A stretch of 64,000 nucleotides of DNA, taken from the sequence record SRR9188677_85; one strand, given 5' to 3'. Position 1 is the first letter of the stretch; each line of letters begins with the position of its first letter. The notes under the pieces were generated by a model. The model saw nothing but the letters and a program-made list of their open reading frames with translations, was not told the DNA's origin and ran no database searches. Of the stretch, positions 45,861 to 55,972 are shown piece by piece. Made by a program: the position numbers and the translations under genes.

Positions 45861-47470
45861 TGAGAACATTTACATTCTTATATTTTTTGCTGATCAATTC
45901 AATTTTGCCCTTAGCCGGGCAGAATTTAAATCCTTCTTCCTATAAATTTAAAGCCACTTCGGGCGTCGTCAGGCAGGTTTCACTTGCTTTCGGGGACCTT
46001 CGTCAGCCGCCAAAATTGGTAATGCCTCGCGGAAAATCGAATCAAATCGCCAGATTTACATCCGAACCGGAAATGCAGTTGGTTGTAGATGAAAAACTTT
46101 ACGACTTATGCCGTGAACTGGGTAAAGATTCGTTATCGGCGTTGGCTTTTGTGATCAGTCATGAGCTGACTCATTTTTTCTACAGTCACCGGCATCCGTT
46201 CGGGTTTGCTATGCCGCAAAATCAAATGACGGAACGGAATAAAGAACTGGAAAAAGATGCTGATTTATATGGGTTGATCAACGCTTTTGCGGCGGGTTTT
46301 GAAACGTTCACAGTTGCATCGCCCATTTTAGTAAAAATATATAAGGCCTATCAACTGCCTGATTCTTTAACAGGTTATCCAACAAAGCAGGATCGGCTTC
46401 AATCCATTGCTTTGCATACAACACAGGCCAGAACACTCGCATCCATGTTCGAGGTTGGTACATTTCTCTATCTCAAAGGTGAGTATGCGGCTGCCGAACA
46501 TTGTTTTTCAAGCTTGTGCAGCCAAATACCAGCGAAGGAATTTCTAAATAATTTGGGATTATCCCAGCTTCAGCAAGGCCTGGCCGGACGGTTGACTGGG
46601 ACCGAGGATATGCCCTTCAAACTACCGGCGGAGCTTGATGCTGAAAATCGGTTGATGGGCGAAAACAGACAGGTTGACACACAAAGCACGGCTGATTCAG
46701 ACGTTTTTATTGAATCCGCCGCGAAGAATTTTGAAAAAGCCATATCGATCGATAAGTCATACATGGCCGCTTATGCCAATCTGGCCACTTGCCGGCTTTT
46801 ACTTGGTAAAATTGGTACAGTAAAGGAAATGTTAAATCAATTAAGAAAAGATTCCGGATCGCTTACACCAGACTTGTATTTGCTGATAGCGATAGCATTA
46901 GCGCAAAATAAAGAGTTCGAAGCTGGTCAAGTAGAAATGGATAGCGCTAACGGCTCCTATGAAATTGAGTTCAATCGCAAGGTATTTGAGCTTTTGAAAA
47001 ACGGAGTTCCAAAAGCAGAGTTGGACAACAAAATTCAGAAATACTTTCTAAAGCCGACGGTTAAGAATGCTTCAACAAGGGCAGCGGCGGAGAATATGAT
47101 TAATGGCGTATCCTTACCATTGTCGGATAAATTGCCTGTTGACTACCAGGAATTTTTGCCAAAACCAGATTTGGTTCATTACAAATATGGGCAGGTAAAA
47201 GGACTGAATACCTATAAAATATTACTCAAAGACGGCACTTTTCATGTTATTCAAAGCAGTTTGCAACAAACAGGTACAAGGGCTGGAAAAGGCACAAAAT
47301 CAGGTGATTCTGTGACAAGCCTAACGAGTCAATACGGCAATCCATCCAGGATCGTCGCCCTAGCTAGTGGTCGTTTTTACTGTTACGACAAAGCGGGAAT
47401 TTATTTTAAAACACGAAATGAGTTGGTTGAAAGCTGGATTATTTACCAGAAAATAACTAGTCCGGATTAA
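45857..47470 (+). CDS. Exported M48-like zinc metalloprotease with TPR region
   Basis: Signal peptide; ALAFVISHELTH...ELEKDAD...YPTKQDR; ATGA overlap with the CHAT stop. Confidence 0.85.
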   Translation: MMRTFTFLYFLLINSILPLAGQNLNPSSYKFKATSGVVRQVSLAFGDLRQPPKLVMPRGKSNQIARFTSEPEMQLVVDEKLYDLCRELGKDSLSALAFVISHELTHFFYSHRHPFGFAMPQNQMTERNKELEKDADLYGLINAFAAGFETFTVASPILVKIYKAYQLPDSLTGYPTKQDRLQSIALHTTQARTLASMFEVGTFLYLKGEYAAAEHCFSSLCSQIPAKEFLNNLGLSQLQQGLAGRLTGTEDMPFKLPAELDAENRLMGENRQVDTQSTADSDVFIESAAKNFEKAISIDKSYMAAYANLATCRLLLGKIGTVKEMLNQLRKDSGSLTPDLYLLIAIALAQNKEFEAGQVEMDSANGSYEIEFNRKVFELLKNGVPKAELDNKIQKYFLKPTVKNASTRAAAENMINGVSLPLSDKLPVDYQEFLPKPDLVHYKYGQVKGLNTYKILLKDGTFHVIQSSLQQTGTRAGKGTKSGDSVTSLTSQYGNPSRIVALASGRFYCYDKAGIYFKTRNELVESWIIYQKITSPD

Positions 47471-48212
47471 TTCTTTCAAGAGGCTTTTTGCCTGTTAAGC
47501 CATTGATAATCTTGAATTTTTCTTTTTCATTGCTCAGCAAGTAGTCATCTGCCGAACGATTGTATGTAATCGACCATTTTTGATTCCACTCGGCTTCGGG
47601 CATATAGATTTTCAGTGTGTCATCAAATTCGTAGGATCTGGATTTTGACGGAATAAATATTGTGGTAAGAACACTGGCTGGTTTTTCATTTTTACCAAAA
47701 CCTAAACCGGAATCTTCGCTTTCGTACAAAGGAATTTCTGCAAGCTTAGACTGAACGATGCCCTTTGGAATTGGTATTGCCGAAGCATCGCTATCTGTTT
47801 CCGGCTTGATTGCGGATTGTTTTAATGTATCCTGTTTTTCAACTTTTGCGTTCGTTGCAGTCGTTTCACGCGTGTCAGGCAAAAGGAGTTTTCTTGATAT
47901 TTGTAAAACAATAAGCAGCCCTACAACACTGGCAGCGATTAAAAACCATCGACTTCGCCAAAGTGGAATAACCGATGGAGTTTCAATTATGGGCTCTACC
48001 AATTTCTGCTCCTCGCGCAACGTTTTGAAGCTTTGTTTCAATTCATTACGTTTTTTTAGTCGCAACTGAGCCGCGAGCGATTTTCGGAATTCGAAAGTAT
48101 TTCCGAATTCCCGGTCTTCAATCATCCACCGTTCGAAAAGCTTTTGTTCCTGCGATGTTGCGTTTCCGAACAGGATTTTTTCGATCACTGCATTTTGTTC
48201 ATCACTTGTCAT
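47457..48212 (-). CDS. Putative anti-sigma factor (cytoplasmic ASD, one TM helix, periplasmic domain)
   Basis: IEKIL.G.....Q..FE.....D ASD-like helix; WFLIAASVVGLLIVL TM; ATGA overlap with the sigma gene. Confidence 0.75.
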   Translation of the reverse strand: MTSDEQNAVIEKILFGNATSQEQKLFERWMIEDREFGNTFEFRKSLAAQLRLKKRNELKQSFKTLREEQKLVEPIIETPSVIPLWRSRWFLIAASVVGLLIVLQISRKLLLPDTRETTATNAKVEKQDTLKQSAIKPETDSDASAIPIPKGIVQSKLAEIPLYESEDSGLGFGKNEKPASVLTTIFIPSKSRSYEFDDTLKIYMPEAEWNQKWSITYNRSADDYLLSNEKEKFKIINGLTGKKPLERINPD

Positions 48213-48835
48213 ATGTCTTCATCTCTCAGCTTTTCAATCACCCTTTTTAGTTCTTTTTCACACTCTTTTACCTTTCTTCTGATGTAGCTTTCATTCATGT
48301 TAAGATTCTTCGCAACGTCTTTCAGTATTAAACCTGACCAGTATTGAAGGTCGAAAATTTTTCCGCAAATGGAGCCTTCTATGGTGTGCAACGCCTTTTT
48401 CAGAATCCTGTCTTCTTCATCAATATCGAACTCGAATGTATGCGTTTCCAGAGACGCAGTACTCCAGCCAAAATTGGCGCCTGTCCCATCTGATCGTTCC
48501 GGAGTTACTAGCCAGTCATCCAAATCAATCGAATCGCGGAAGATTTTGTTTGACGATTTTCTTAACTCGTCTACACTTTTATTTTTGGCGATTTTGTAGA
48601 GAAAAGTAGAAAGCAGACCTTCTACGACGAAGGTTTCTTTTCTTTGATGCAAAACAATCATAGCATCTCCGAGCATTTCTTCCGCCAGTTCCGGCGCTAT
48701 ACCCAAATTCTTTACCAGGCTCGCCTCGACTTTTGCGTAATTCTGTCTGTAGATTTCCTGAAAGGCACGATCATCTCCATTTTGCCATTGTTTCACAAGT
48801 TGCCGGTCTTTTAGCCAATGATCCTCAGGCGTCAT
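48209..48835 (-). CDS. ECF sigma factor
   Basis: D..LV...QNGDDRAFQEIY, LSTFLYKIAKN, C.KIFDLQYWSG...DVAKNLN. Confidence 0.9.
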   Translation of the reverse strand: MTPEDHWLKDRQLVKQWQNGDDRAFQEIYRQNYAKVEASLVKNLGIAPELAEEMLGDAMIVLHQRKETFVVEGLLSTFLYKIAKNKSVDELRKSSNKIFRDSIDLDDWLVTPERSDGTGANFGWSTASLETHTFEFDIDEEDRILKKALHTIEGSICGKIFDLQYWSGLILKDVAKNLNMNESYIRRKVKECEKELKRVIEKLRDEDI

Positions 48836-49156
48836 AGATTGTCAGTATTTTTCCTTCTATGATACTACAAAAACCTGACTGTGCTTCCTCATCATCGTAA
48901 TTTTTTTCAAAATGTTACTTTGAAAAAACTTTTGACGTCTTCAAATGTTGAAAGTCTGCCTTGTCAAACAATGAACGGAAGTGTTTTTGAAAATAGAGAT
49001 GGTTTCGGCGTAAATATTTTTTTAAGTTAACCGAGATTATTGTTTGAAAATCAGAGTATAGCATCAGCCATTCTTCATCTTATAGCATATCAGTCGTTGT
49101 AATGTTTAGCCTTGCTGCTAGTCAAATTCTTCCTCATTCCAAAGCCTTAATCGCAT

Positions 49157-49834
49157 ATGAAAAATCAACCCGTGGTTCGCATTCTGACTTGTATCTTTTT
49201 TTGTATTCAACTGTCTTATGCGTTCGGTGAAAGTGCCAATGCCTATCTGTTTTCAAATTTCGAAGTCGGAAAAGTTTACTTCCGGAATGGGACTATTTCA
49301 AACGCGCGGCTGAATTATTCTTACAGATTTGGCGAGCTGCAATATATTGGAAATGGCAAGGATACCATGCTGCTAACTAACAAATGGCTTATCCAGTACA
49401 TTGTAGTTGGCAATCACACTTTTTATTGCTCAGAGCAATATGGAGACCTGAAACTGGTTTCTGAATTTCAGGATGTTAAGCTTTTGAAAAAGGAGTATTT
49501 CAAACCAGTCGAGCATACAAAGGACTATTCTGAAAGGAAATACACAGCTTCCGCAGACCAGCCGTCAAGCCACTACATTTCTCGTACAGCCGGGGAATTT
49601 TCCTGGCAAAATAACATAGCTATGCCGGGATATAGGGTTAAGACAACCTTTTTCATTTTGGACAAAAACAACCAGATCTGGCGAGCAGAAAAAAAGGTGA
49701 TTTTGCAGCTTTTTGACGAGAATAAAGGAGATGTCAGGCAATATATCAGGAATGAAAAAGTCAGATTTGATAGTGAACAGGATCTTGAAAAGCTGCTGAA
49801 CTATTGTGTGAATTTGAGCGGCTCCGAATTTTAA
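49157..49834 (+). CDS. Exported hypothetical protein
   Basis: Signal peptide; YLF..F..GKVYF.NG...LNY; C-terminal DL.KLLNY. Confidence 0.7.
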   Translation: MKNQPVVRILTCIFFCIQLSYAFGESANAYLFSNFEVGKVYFRNGTISNARLNYSYRFGELQYIGNGKDTMLLTNKWLIQYIVVGNHTFYCSEQYGDLKLVSEFQDVKLLKKEYFKPVEHTKDYSERKYTASADQPSSHYISRTAGEFSWQNNIAMPGYRVKTTFFILDKNNQIWRAEKKVILQLFDENKGDVRQYIRNEKVRFDSEQDLEKLLNYCVNLSGSEF

Positions 49835-49876
49835 GTGTACGTAAAGTTATATATTTAGTATCTCAACTTTGACTTT

Positions 49877-50446
49877 ATGACTGATCTGGAACAATACCTG
49901 CATTCTTATTTCACTTTTGACCAGGACGATTTGGTGAAGGTATCGAAACTCTTCAGGCCGGTCGTGTTGAATAAGGGTGAGTTTTTTCTCAAAGCAGGTA
50001 AGCAGTGCAATAAACTGTGTTTTGTAAAATCCGGTCTATTACGGGTTTATGCGGACCTGGACGGCAAGGAAGTGACGCAATGGATTTCTTCCAAAGGCTA
50101 TTTCATAGCCGATCTGACCAGTCTTCTTTTTCAAAGTCCTTCCCGCTGGAATATGCAGGCACTGACTAATATGGAATTATTTGTGATCGACAGAGCTGAT
50201 TACAACCGGCTAGGGGAGATCGTACCGAAATGGCCTGAGACAGAAAAGTTATTTCTGGCGCACTGTTTCGCCATGATGGAGGATCGCATATTTTCTTTCA
50301 TTTCCATGACCGCCGAAGAACGTTACAACTTCTTATTCGAAAAGAACCGGGAACTCTTCAATCAAGTCCCACTCCAATACATCGCCTCCATGCTAGGCAT
50401 GACCCCCGAAACGATCAGCAGAATCAGAAGAAAACAAATTTTGTAA
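49877..50446 (+). CDS. Crp/Fnr family (cNMP-binding) regulator
   Basis: TAEERY...ELFNQVPLQYIASMLGMTPETISRIR. Confidence 0.92.
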   Translation: MTDLEQYLHSYFTFDQDDLVKVSKLFRPVVLNKGEFFLKAGKQCNKLCFVKSGLLRVYADLDGKEVTQWISSKGYFIADLTSLLFQSPSRWNMQALTNMELFVIDRADYNRLGEIVPKWPETEKLFLAHCFAMMEDRIFSFISMTAEERYNFLFEKNRELFNQVPLQYIASMLGMTPETISRIRRKQIL

Positions 50447-50530
50447 GGCAGAATTTCATCGCTAAAAACGTCTACTTTTCAAAGAGTCTCATTTTTCATT
50501 AAGATTGAACTAATTAGTACTCAGCAAAAG

Positions 50531-50612
50531 CCTTTTAACCTTTTAACCTTTTCACCTTTAACCTCTCATTCCATCCTCCATCCTCCATCCTCCCTCTTCC
50601 TTCCTTCCCCCA
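50531..50612. repeat. Pyrimidine-rich 7/8-bp tandem repeats (CCTTTTAA then CTCCATC)
   Basis: ccttttaa ccttttaa ccttttca cctttaa ... ttccatc ctccatc ctccatc ctccctc. Confidence 0.75.
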
Positions 50613-50615
50613 TTT

Positions 50616-50631
50616 CTTGATTTTTGTCAAG
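50616..50631. promoter_or_regulatory. CTTGA-N6-TCAAG palindrome, putative Crp/Fnr site
   Basis: Palindrome between the Crp gene and the downstream hydrolase. Confidence 0.55.
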
Positions 50632-50685
50632 TAGCCCCGGGTTTTCCAAAACTACCTTTGCAACGTACCAATCAATCAGGAAATC

Positions 50686-51342
50686 ATGTTTATAGGTCAT
50701 TATGGTCTTGCTCTTGCCGTTAAAAAGGTCGCTCCAAAAATCTCACTTCCAATGCTGTTCGTTGCGGTTGAATTCGTCGATATTCTTTGGCCGTTGCTAC
50801 TTCTGCTGAACGTGGAAAAAGTGGAGGTTCATCCTGGATTCACGGAGGTGACACCATTTGAATTCGTCCATTATCCATACACACACAGTTTGTTTATGGG
50901 AATCGTTTGGGGAATTGTGATCGGATTTATTTATTGGATATTCCAGAAAGACAAAAGAAGCGCATTGATCGTCGGACTTGCGGTGCTAAGCCATTGGTTT
51001 CTTGATCTTGTTGTGCACGTTCAGGATTTGCCGCTGACACCGTTTGGAGACCTGAAAGTTGGAATGGGACTTTGGAATTACAAGTTTATAACACTTTTTG
51101 TTGAAAGCATTCTGTTTTTTGGAGGAACCTACATCTATGCCAAAAGTACCAAGGCGATTAGCGCTTCAGGTAAATGGAGCCTTGGAATTATGACCGTATT
51201 TTTCGTTCTGGCAAATCTTTATAACATGTTTGGCCCACCACCGGAAAATTCCATTCCAATGCTCTTTATATCCTTTGTCGTTCTTCAGGCAATAGTTCTT
51301 TCTTTGGCCTATTGGGTTGAGAAGGGTAGGGTGGCTGTTTGA
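50686..51342 (+). CDS. Membrane-bound metal-dependent hydrolase (YdjM-like)
   Basis: MFIGH, VDILW, YTHSL, SHWFLDLVVH. Confidence 0.85.
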   Translation: MFIGHYGLALAVKKVAPKISLPMLFVAVEFVDILWPLLLLLNVEKVEVHPGFTEVTPFEFVHYPYTHSLFMGIVWGIVIGFIYWIFQKDKRSALIVGLAVLSHWFLDLVVHVQDLPLTPFGDLKVGMGLWNYKFITLFVESILFFGGTYIYAKSTKAISASGKWSLGIMTVFFVLANLYNMFGPPPENSIPMLFISFVVLQAIVLSLAYWVEKGRVAV

Positions 51343-51463
51343 GAAAACAAAATAGAAATCTGAAAATACGTTAAAGTGAAAAAATAGATTTAACCGTGAG
51401 ACGAATAGACATTGCCGGTTAACAGGCGGAACGTTTTCAATCGGAAGTTATATATCGTTACAA

Positions 51464-52960
51464 CTATCGCCAATAAGGTAACTCACCATTTCTTAATAGC
51501 TCAACACGGTCGGATCCGAGGGTGCTTGTCGTATAAATATTTGCAGGACTGTTTCCATCATTAGCGACATTGGTAAATATTATTCTGGCGCCCGTTGGTG
51601 AGTAATGCGGATCGAGGTCGTTGGTTCCTGGTGCTTTTCCTCCGGAAGCGTCAGTCATACTACCATTTGCAAGGTTGATCTGAAAAATATGAGCATCGAG
51701 TTGTCTCCCCTCAATGTTGCTGAAACTACTGATATCCATGGATACGACCGCCTGCTTACCATCAACCGAAATTACCGGATTACCGATTTTTCCTGATTTT
51801 CCACCAAGAAGCAATTTTAGTACGCCCGTGGCCGCCGGAATTGTGTACAAGAAGTTTTCGTATTCAGAACCGCCGGTTGTCCTGGCTACTATCAGATTGC
51901 CCTGTTCAGTCCAGTCGGCTCCCGCAAAAAACTGTCCGGCCGGTGCCTTAGCGACAATACGAAGTCCTGTTCCGTCAGGATGAACCGCATATAGCTTGTC
52001 ATATGCAGGGTACAATATTTCGGTTCCGTTAGGTGACCAGCAAAACGACAGCTCAGTTAACGACACGCCACCGATGGGTACAACCGTAACACGCTGCTGG
52101 TTTTGTCCGGTAAGATCGCTTATAAATATATGTGGCTCGGTTTGGGCATTAGAAATAAATGCAATTTGTTTTCGGTTAGGACTCGCAACTGGTCGCCAGT
52201 TTGAGCCATTTCTCGTAAGCTGAACGGTTTCTGTCGTGTTTGAAGAAAAAATTTGATACAATCCGTCTGTTTTTCGAGAGAACAAATACGGCAAATCGGG
52301 TGCGTCTCCTGTTTTGAACGACCAAATTTCCCCGAATACCGGATTGCTTACACTATCGGTAACCACAACCTGCCAATAGTAAGTTGATTTGTAATCCAGA
52401 TCTTTTACCACCAGGGAATCAAATCTAATTCCGGTTGCAATGGGCACGGAAGAGCTCTGACCTTCTTTAAATAAGAGTACATTATAATAGAGAGAGTCTT
52501 TGTCGCTATCGGAGCTGGTCCAGGATAAGTTCACCGACGAGCCCGTTATCGTACTCTCGGCTGCGGGAAGAACCAAAGAGGGTCGCGATGGCGTTTTGTT
52601 TTGGTCCCGATCCAGTGTTAGGAATATTGCCAGGTCGGTTACCTGACTTTCCAATACCTGAATAGAAGTGATATCGGTCTTGTACTTGTCAGCCGAGGTT
52701 TGCACGGTATAACTTCCGGTGGGAAGGTCGGTAACTTCAAAGTTGCCAGACGCATCGGGTTCCAGGCTTTTTCCTGACGGACTTATTCGAATAAGTACAT
52801 TTGCTACAGGAGCTTTGTCTTTTAAAGATAAAACCTTTCCCTTTACGGAGCCATAGCGGGTAGGCTCTACGAACGTTTCTTCATTGCAGGATATTAAACC
52901 CAGTACGATTGCTAAAAACGCAACAAACTGGCAGTGGCGGAAGTATATGGATTGTAACAC
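51464..52960 (-). CDS. Curli-operon lipoprotein: carboxypeptidase-regulatory-like + FN3 + TolB/PD40 propeller
   Basis: Lipobox LISC; GSVKGKV..GNF...PTGSYTV; LSW...YYWQV; SPNRKQIAF, WSPNG, YSPTG. Confidence 0.82.
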   Translation of the reverse strand: MLQSIYFRHCQFVAFLAIVLGLISCNEETFVEPTRYGSVKGKVLSLKDKAPVANVLIRISPSGKSLEPDASGNFEVTDLPTGSYTVQTSADKYKTDITSIQVLESQVTDLAIFLTLDRDQNKTPSRPSLVLPAAESTITGSSVNLSWTSSDSDKDSLYYNVLLFKEGQSSSVPIATGIRFDSLVVKDLDYKSTYYWQVVVTDSVSNPVFGEIWSFKTGDAPDLPYLFSRKTDGLYQIFSSNTTETVQLTRNGSNWRPVASPNRKQIAFISNAQTEPHIFISDLTGQNQQRVTVVPIGGVSLTELSFCWSPNGTEILYPAYDKLYAVHPDGTGLRIVAKAPAGQFFAGADWTEQGNLIVARTTGGSEYENFLYTIPAATGVLKLLLGGKSGKIGNPVISVDGKQAVVSMDISSFSNIEGRQLDAHIFQINLANGSMTDASGGKAPGTNDLDPHYSPTGARIIFTNVANDGNSPANIYTTSTLGSDRVELLRNGELPYWR

Positions 52961-53006
52961 GATTGCTATTAGAAAAGGGTGAATGTGATGAATGAGATTG
53001 ACTTAA

Positions 53007-54401
53007 CTAATTTCCTGAGTGGTCGAATCGACCGCCCAGATAGATGGATAGTCCCACAGTACCTTTTAGAAAGCCGTCGTTACGCGACCCTCGTGATGAA
53101 AGATCGAAGCCATCACTAAAAAAATAATTATACTGGCCCGATATGTTCAACCCTACTCTTTTTGAAAGCAAATATTCCAGCCCAAGTCCGGCATTAGCAA
53201 TCTGATTCGCTTTGGAGTTCTTTTCAAAATAGGAATTTTGGCTGCTCATTACAATGCCCGTTCCGACCTGTAGGAATGGATTGATTTTTTGGTAGGGAAG
53301 GATGTGGTATTGTAGATTGATCTCGCCAAATCTTACCTTCCGGTTGAAATATTCCTGAGCTGCGAATTTTCCAAATGTTGCTGACGCCTGCAAATTCCAG
53401 TGCGACGTGATACCAATATTTAACGCAACACCCAGCCCGCCTTTGTTCGAGGAAGGTCCGAAGTCCCCCATATAGCGCAGTACTGAGGTGGTTGGCATGA
53501 TCGAAAACCTGAGGTGAGGGGAATTGTTCCTTGCTCCATATACGTCCGTTTCCCGGGACGCGATTTCTTCTCCCTGATAGTTTTCGATGAGCGTCTTCGC
53601 TAACCCTAAAGACTTGCTGTCGACAGACCAAAGGCTATCCCTGACACCTTCGATGACAAGTGACTGAACAGATTTCTCAATTGCTTCGGTTACTGCCATT
53701 TGTGAAGGTTCATTGATTGTAAAACCTGTTTCGGCTTCCAACAAACGCTGAAATTTGACAAATCTGAATAAGCCGGCCTGAACAGATTGTGAAAGAATGG
53801 TTTTAGATGTATAGACTGTTTTTAGGATCTTTCCGGTTTTTGTGGCGACTGCCCGCAGATATACTGTTACCCGGTCCTGTCTGTATTGACTGGATCCTCC
53901 AGCTCCGAAATATTTAAGACCCGCACCTCCTGTAATGATGTTGGCGTCGTAGGAAATGATGCCGCCTTCCAGTATGATGCCAGCAAAGAGCAAAGGCGGA
54001 AGGTTGTCATTCTCAGGCTTGTACTGCGCCATGCTAGACCGTATTATCTTACGTTCGTTCAGCAGGTTACCAACGTTTTCCCGTTCGATGGTCATAAACC
54101 AGCCGCTTTCTTCCAATGCTTTCAAAAGGATATTCGTCGCGCCCTGGGTAACTGCTGTAGAATAATTAATCCCGTTTTCAGAAGGCTTATACTGGCCCGA
54201 CTGGTCACGGAATTTGTATACGGCCACAGCGAGTTTTTCCGTAGGAGGCGGTAATGTTCGAAGGCCACTGGTAATTCTTGTTTCTTCCCCCAAACGAGCG
54301 GCACGTTGTCGCAATGGCTGGTTGAAGTACGGGCTACATCCGTTCAGCCACATGAGCAGCACAGGAGCCAGATATAAAATCGACTTCTTGATAGGTTTCA
54401 T
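53007..54401 (-). CDS. csgG: Curli secretion channel CsgG fused to a C-terminal outer-membrane beta-barrel
   Basis: Lipobox LNGC; VAVYKFRDQSGQYKP, STAVTQGA, NLLNERKIIR, LEGGIISYD, QYRQD.VTVYLR; extra alternating beta-strand domain. Confidence 0.93.
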   Translation of the reverse strand: MKPIKKSILYLAPVLLMWLNGCSPYFNQPLRQRAARLGEETRITSGLRTLPPPTEKLAVAVYKFRDQSGQYKPSENGINYSTAVTQGATNILLKALEESGWFMTIERENVGNLLNERKIIRSSMAQYKPENDNLPPLLFAGIILEGGIISYDANIITGGAGLKYFGAGGSSQYRQDRVTVYLRAVATKTGKILKTVYTSKTILSQSVQAGLFRFVKFQRLLEAETGFTINEPSQMAVTEAIEKSVQSLVIEGVRDSLWSVDSKSLGLAKTLIENYQGEEIASRETDVYGARNNSPHLRFSIMPTTSVLRYMGDFGPSSNKGGLGVALNIGITSHWNLQASATFGKFAAQEYFNRKVRFGEINLQYHILPYQKINPFLQVGTGIVMSSQNSYFEKNSKANQIANAGLGLEYLLSKRVGLNISGQYNYFFSDGFDLSSRGSRNDGFLKGTVGLSIYLGGRFDHSGN

Positions 54402-54469
54402 AATGTCAGGGAATTTCAATTATTAAAAGGAGGTGGTAAAATTTCTTGTGGGTTTTTCGCTGGTTTTGT

Positions 54470-54886
54470 TTAGTAATAAGGGACTGTAATGGATGTTTCA
54501 CCGCCCTTCCCATCAGTGATACGGATAATGAGTCCTGCTGATCCCGGGCTGACGTCGACTACAAAATCGCCGAACGTATAGGTGCCTTCTTTGATACCTT
54601 CTTCGCCAAACTGATCTTTAAACAAGCGCTGGGAAATGGAGTTGAGCACTTGTCTATTGAGGTTGTTAGTGAAGTCTGCCAAGGCATCCTGGCTGGTTGC
54701 ACCGTCAAGCCTTGACGCCATTGGATCTTTGATTTTGTTCTGAGCCTGGGCAGATGAAAGCATCCAGCTATAGTTGAAGGTGTCTCCGCCGAAAGAGGGA
54801 TTTTGCGCCCTATATACCAGGGCCTGTCCTGTGGCCGTCAACGTATTAAGGGCGACGAGCATGCAAATGTAAATCAGTTTTTTCAT
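54470..54886 (-). CDS. csgF: Curli assembly protein CsgF
   Basis: LVY...NPSFGG.TFN.SW.LSSAQAQN. Confidence 0.93.
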   Translation of the reverse strand: MKKLIYICMLVALNTLTATGQALVYRAQNPSFGGDTFNYSWMLSSAQAQNKIKDPMASRLDGATSQDALADFTNNLNRQVLNSISQRLFKDQFGEEGIKEGTYTFGDFVVDVSPGSAGLIIRITDGKGGETSITVPYY

Positions 54887-54916
54887 TTTCAGGGATGATA
54901 AAATTGAAACATAGTA

Positions 54917-55420
54917 TTAATAAATTCCTGTCCCGGACTGGTCTTTTAACCCCAATTGGTCCTGTACTTCCTGTAGGCTGATAAAATAGGAAACGACTTC
55001 CTGAACGGCTTCACTTGCCTGGACTTCCATCATTTCTACCCGGCTTTGCACAAATTGCTGCCATACTACGACCTGGTCCACTTTTACCATTGCCATATTG
55101 CTGAGCCCCGGTGATGGGATCTCCTCGATCTCAATTACCAGGTCAGGGTTGTCGTTGAGGCTGGTTTTTAGTTTTTTTGTTGATGTAGAGTCGAGCTGCA
55201 GATTGTTCCACTGGCGATAAAATTCATCATAAAGCTCCCGTGCAATTTTGGTTTTCGTATTGTCAAGAATAAAGGCGGATGTAGCGTCATCTTCAAGCAT
55301 CGCTTCATCAATCGGACGCAGTGAGAAATCCGAATTTTCGTTGGACAGCTGGTCTTCAATCTGCGCAAATACGTTATCAAAAATCAATAGGGTGAAGAGG
55401 ATGAGAAGCAGAGATTTCAT
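54917..55420 (-). CDS. csgE: Curli assembly protein CsgE
   Basis: ILDNTKTKIARELYDEFY..W, IEIEEIP, VKVDQ.VVW; located upstream of csgF. Confidence 0.82.
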   Translation of the reverse strand: MKSLLLILFTLLIFDNVFAQIEDQLSNENSDFSLRPIDEAMLEDDATSAFILDNTKTKIARELYDEFYRQWNNLQLDSTSTKKLKTSLNDNPDLVIEIEEIPSPGLSNMAMVKVDQVVVWQQFVQSRVEMMEVQASEAVQEVVSYFISLQEVQDQLGLKDQSGTGIY

Positions 55421-55427
55421 TTTTTTA

Positions 55428-55922
55428 TTATTTTAAAAAAGGAATATTGGTCTGGATCATGAGTTGCATTCCGCCGCTCTGCTCTATTTTAAGAGAGGGT
55501 AGAGACCGGCCTCCTTCTAATACCAGGCTATTGTTATTTTGCCTTTGCGTGAGCTCAAAGTTTATCCCATCGCTAGTCATGTTGGTTAGCCCGATGTTGT
55601 TGTAATTTCCATCCTGCAACAAACGATAACTACTGTTTCGGGCATCTACGTCGAGGTGTAGAGCATTGTAATTGCCAATTTGAATACCGCTGGCTTTATT
55701 TTCCGGCCCCGCTAGTTTAAAGCTCAGTTCGTTATTATGACCAGACTGATTGACAAATACTGCCGATTCTACGGTGGCGCCCGAAGATATGATCTGCCGG
55801 ATTAGTGCTTCTTTTATGTTGTCGCCGGGGAGCCGCGTCCCGTCGCCATTTTGCACTTGTTGTGCAAAGGAAGTAGCTGCGCATTGTAACCAGAAGAGGA
55901 AGGTAAATCGTATGAAATTCAT
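55428..55922 (-). CDS. Curlin-repeat protein (minor subunit / CsgB-like)
   Basis: Signal peptide; VNQSGHNN, IQIGNYN, LQDGNYN, LTQRQNNN. Confidence 0.7.
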   Translation of the reverse strand: MNFIRFTFLFWLQCAATSFAQQVQNGDGTRLPGDNIKEALIRQIISSGATVESAVFVNQSGHNNELSFKLAGPENKASGIQIGNYNALHLDVDARNSSYRLLQDGNYNNIGLTNMTSDGINFELTQRQNNNSLVLEGGRSLPSLKIEQSGGMQLMIQTNIPFLK

Positions 55923-55972
55923 GTTGCTATTCGTGAAATGTTAATTGGGAAACCGGCTGTAAACGCCTTGCT

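Noticed and set aside
42897-48835. Type III-E CRISPR Craspase locus
   Set aside because: No Cas7-11, Csx30/31 or array, and the CHAT protein has a signal peptide; only the protease-to-sigma logic is analogous.
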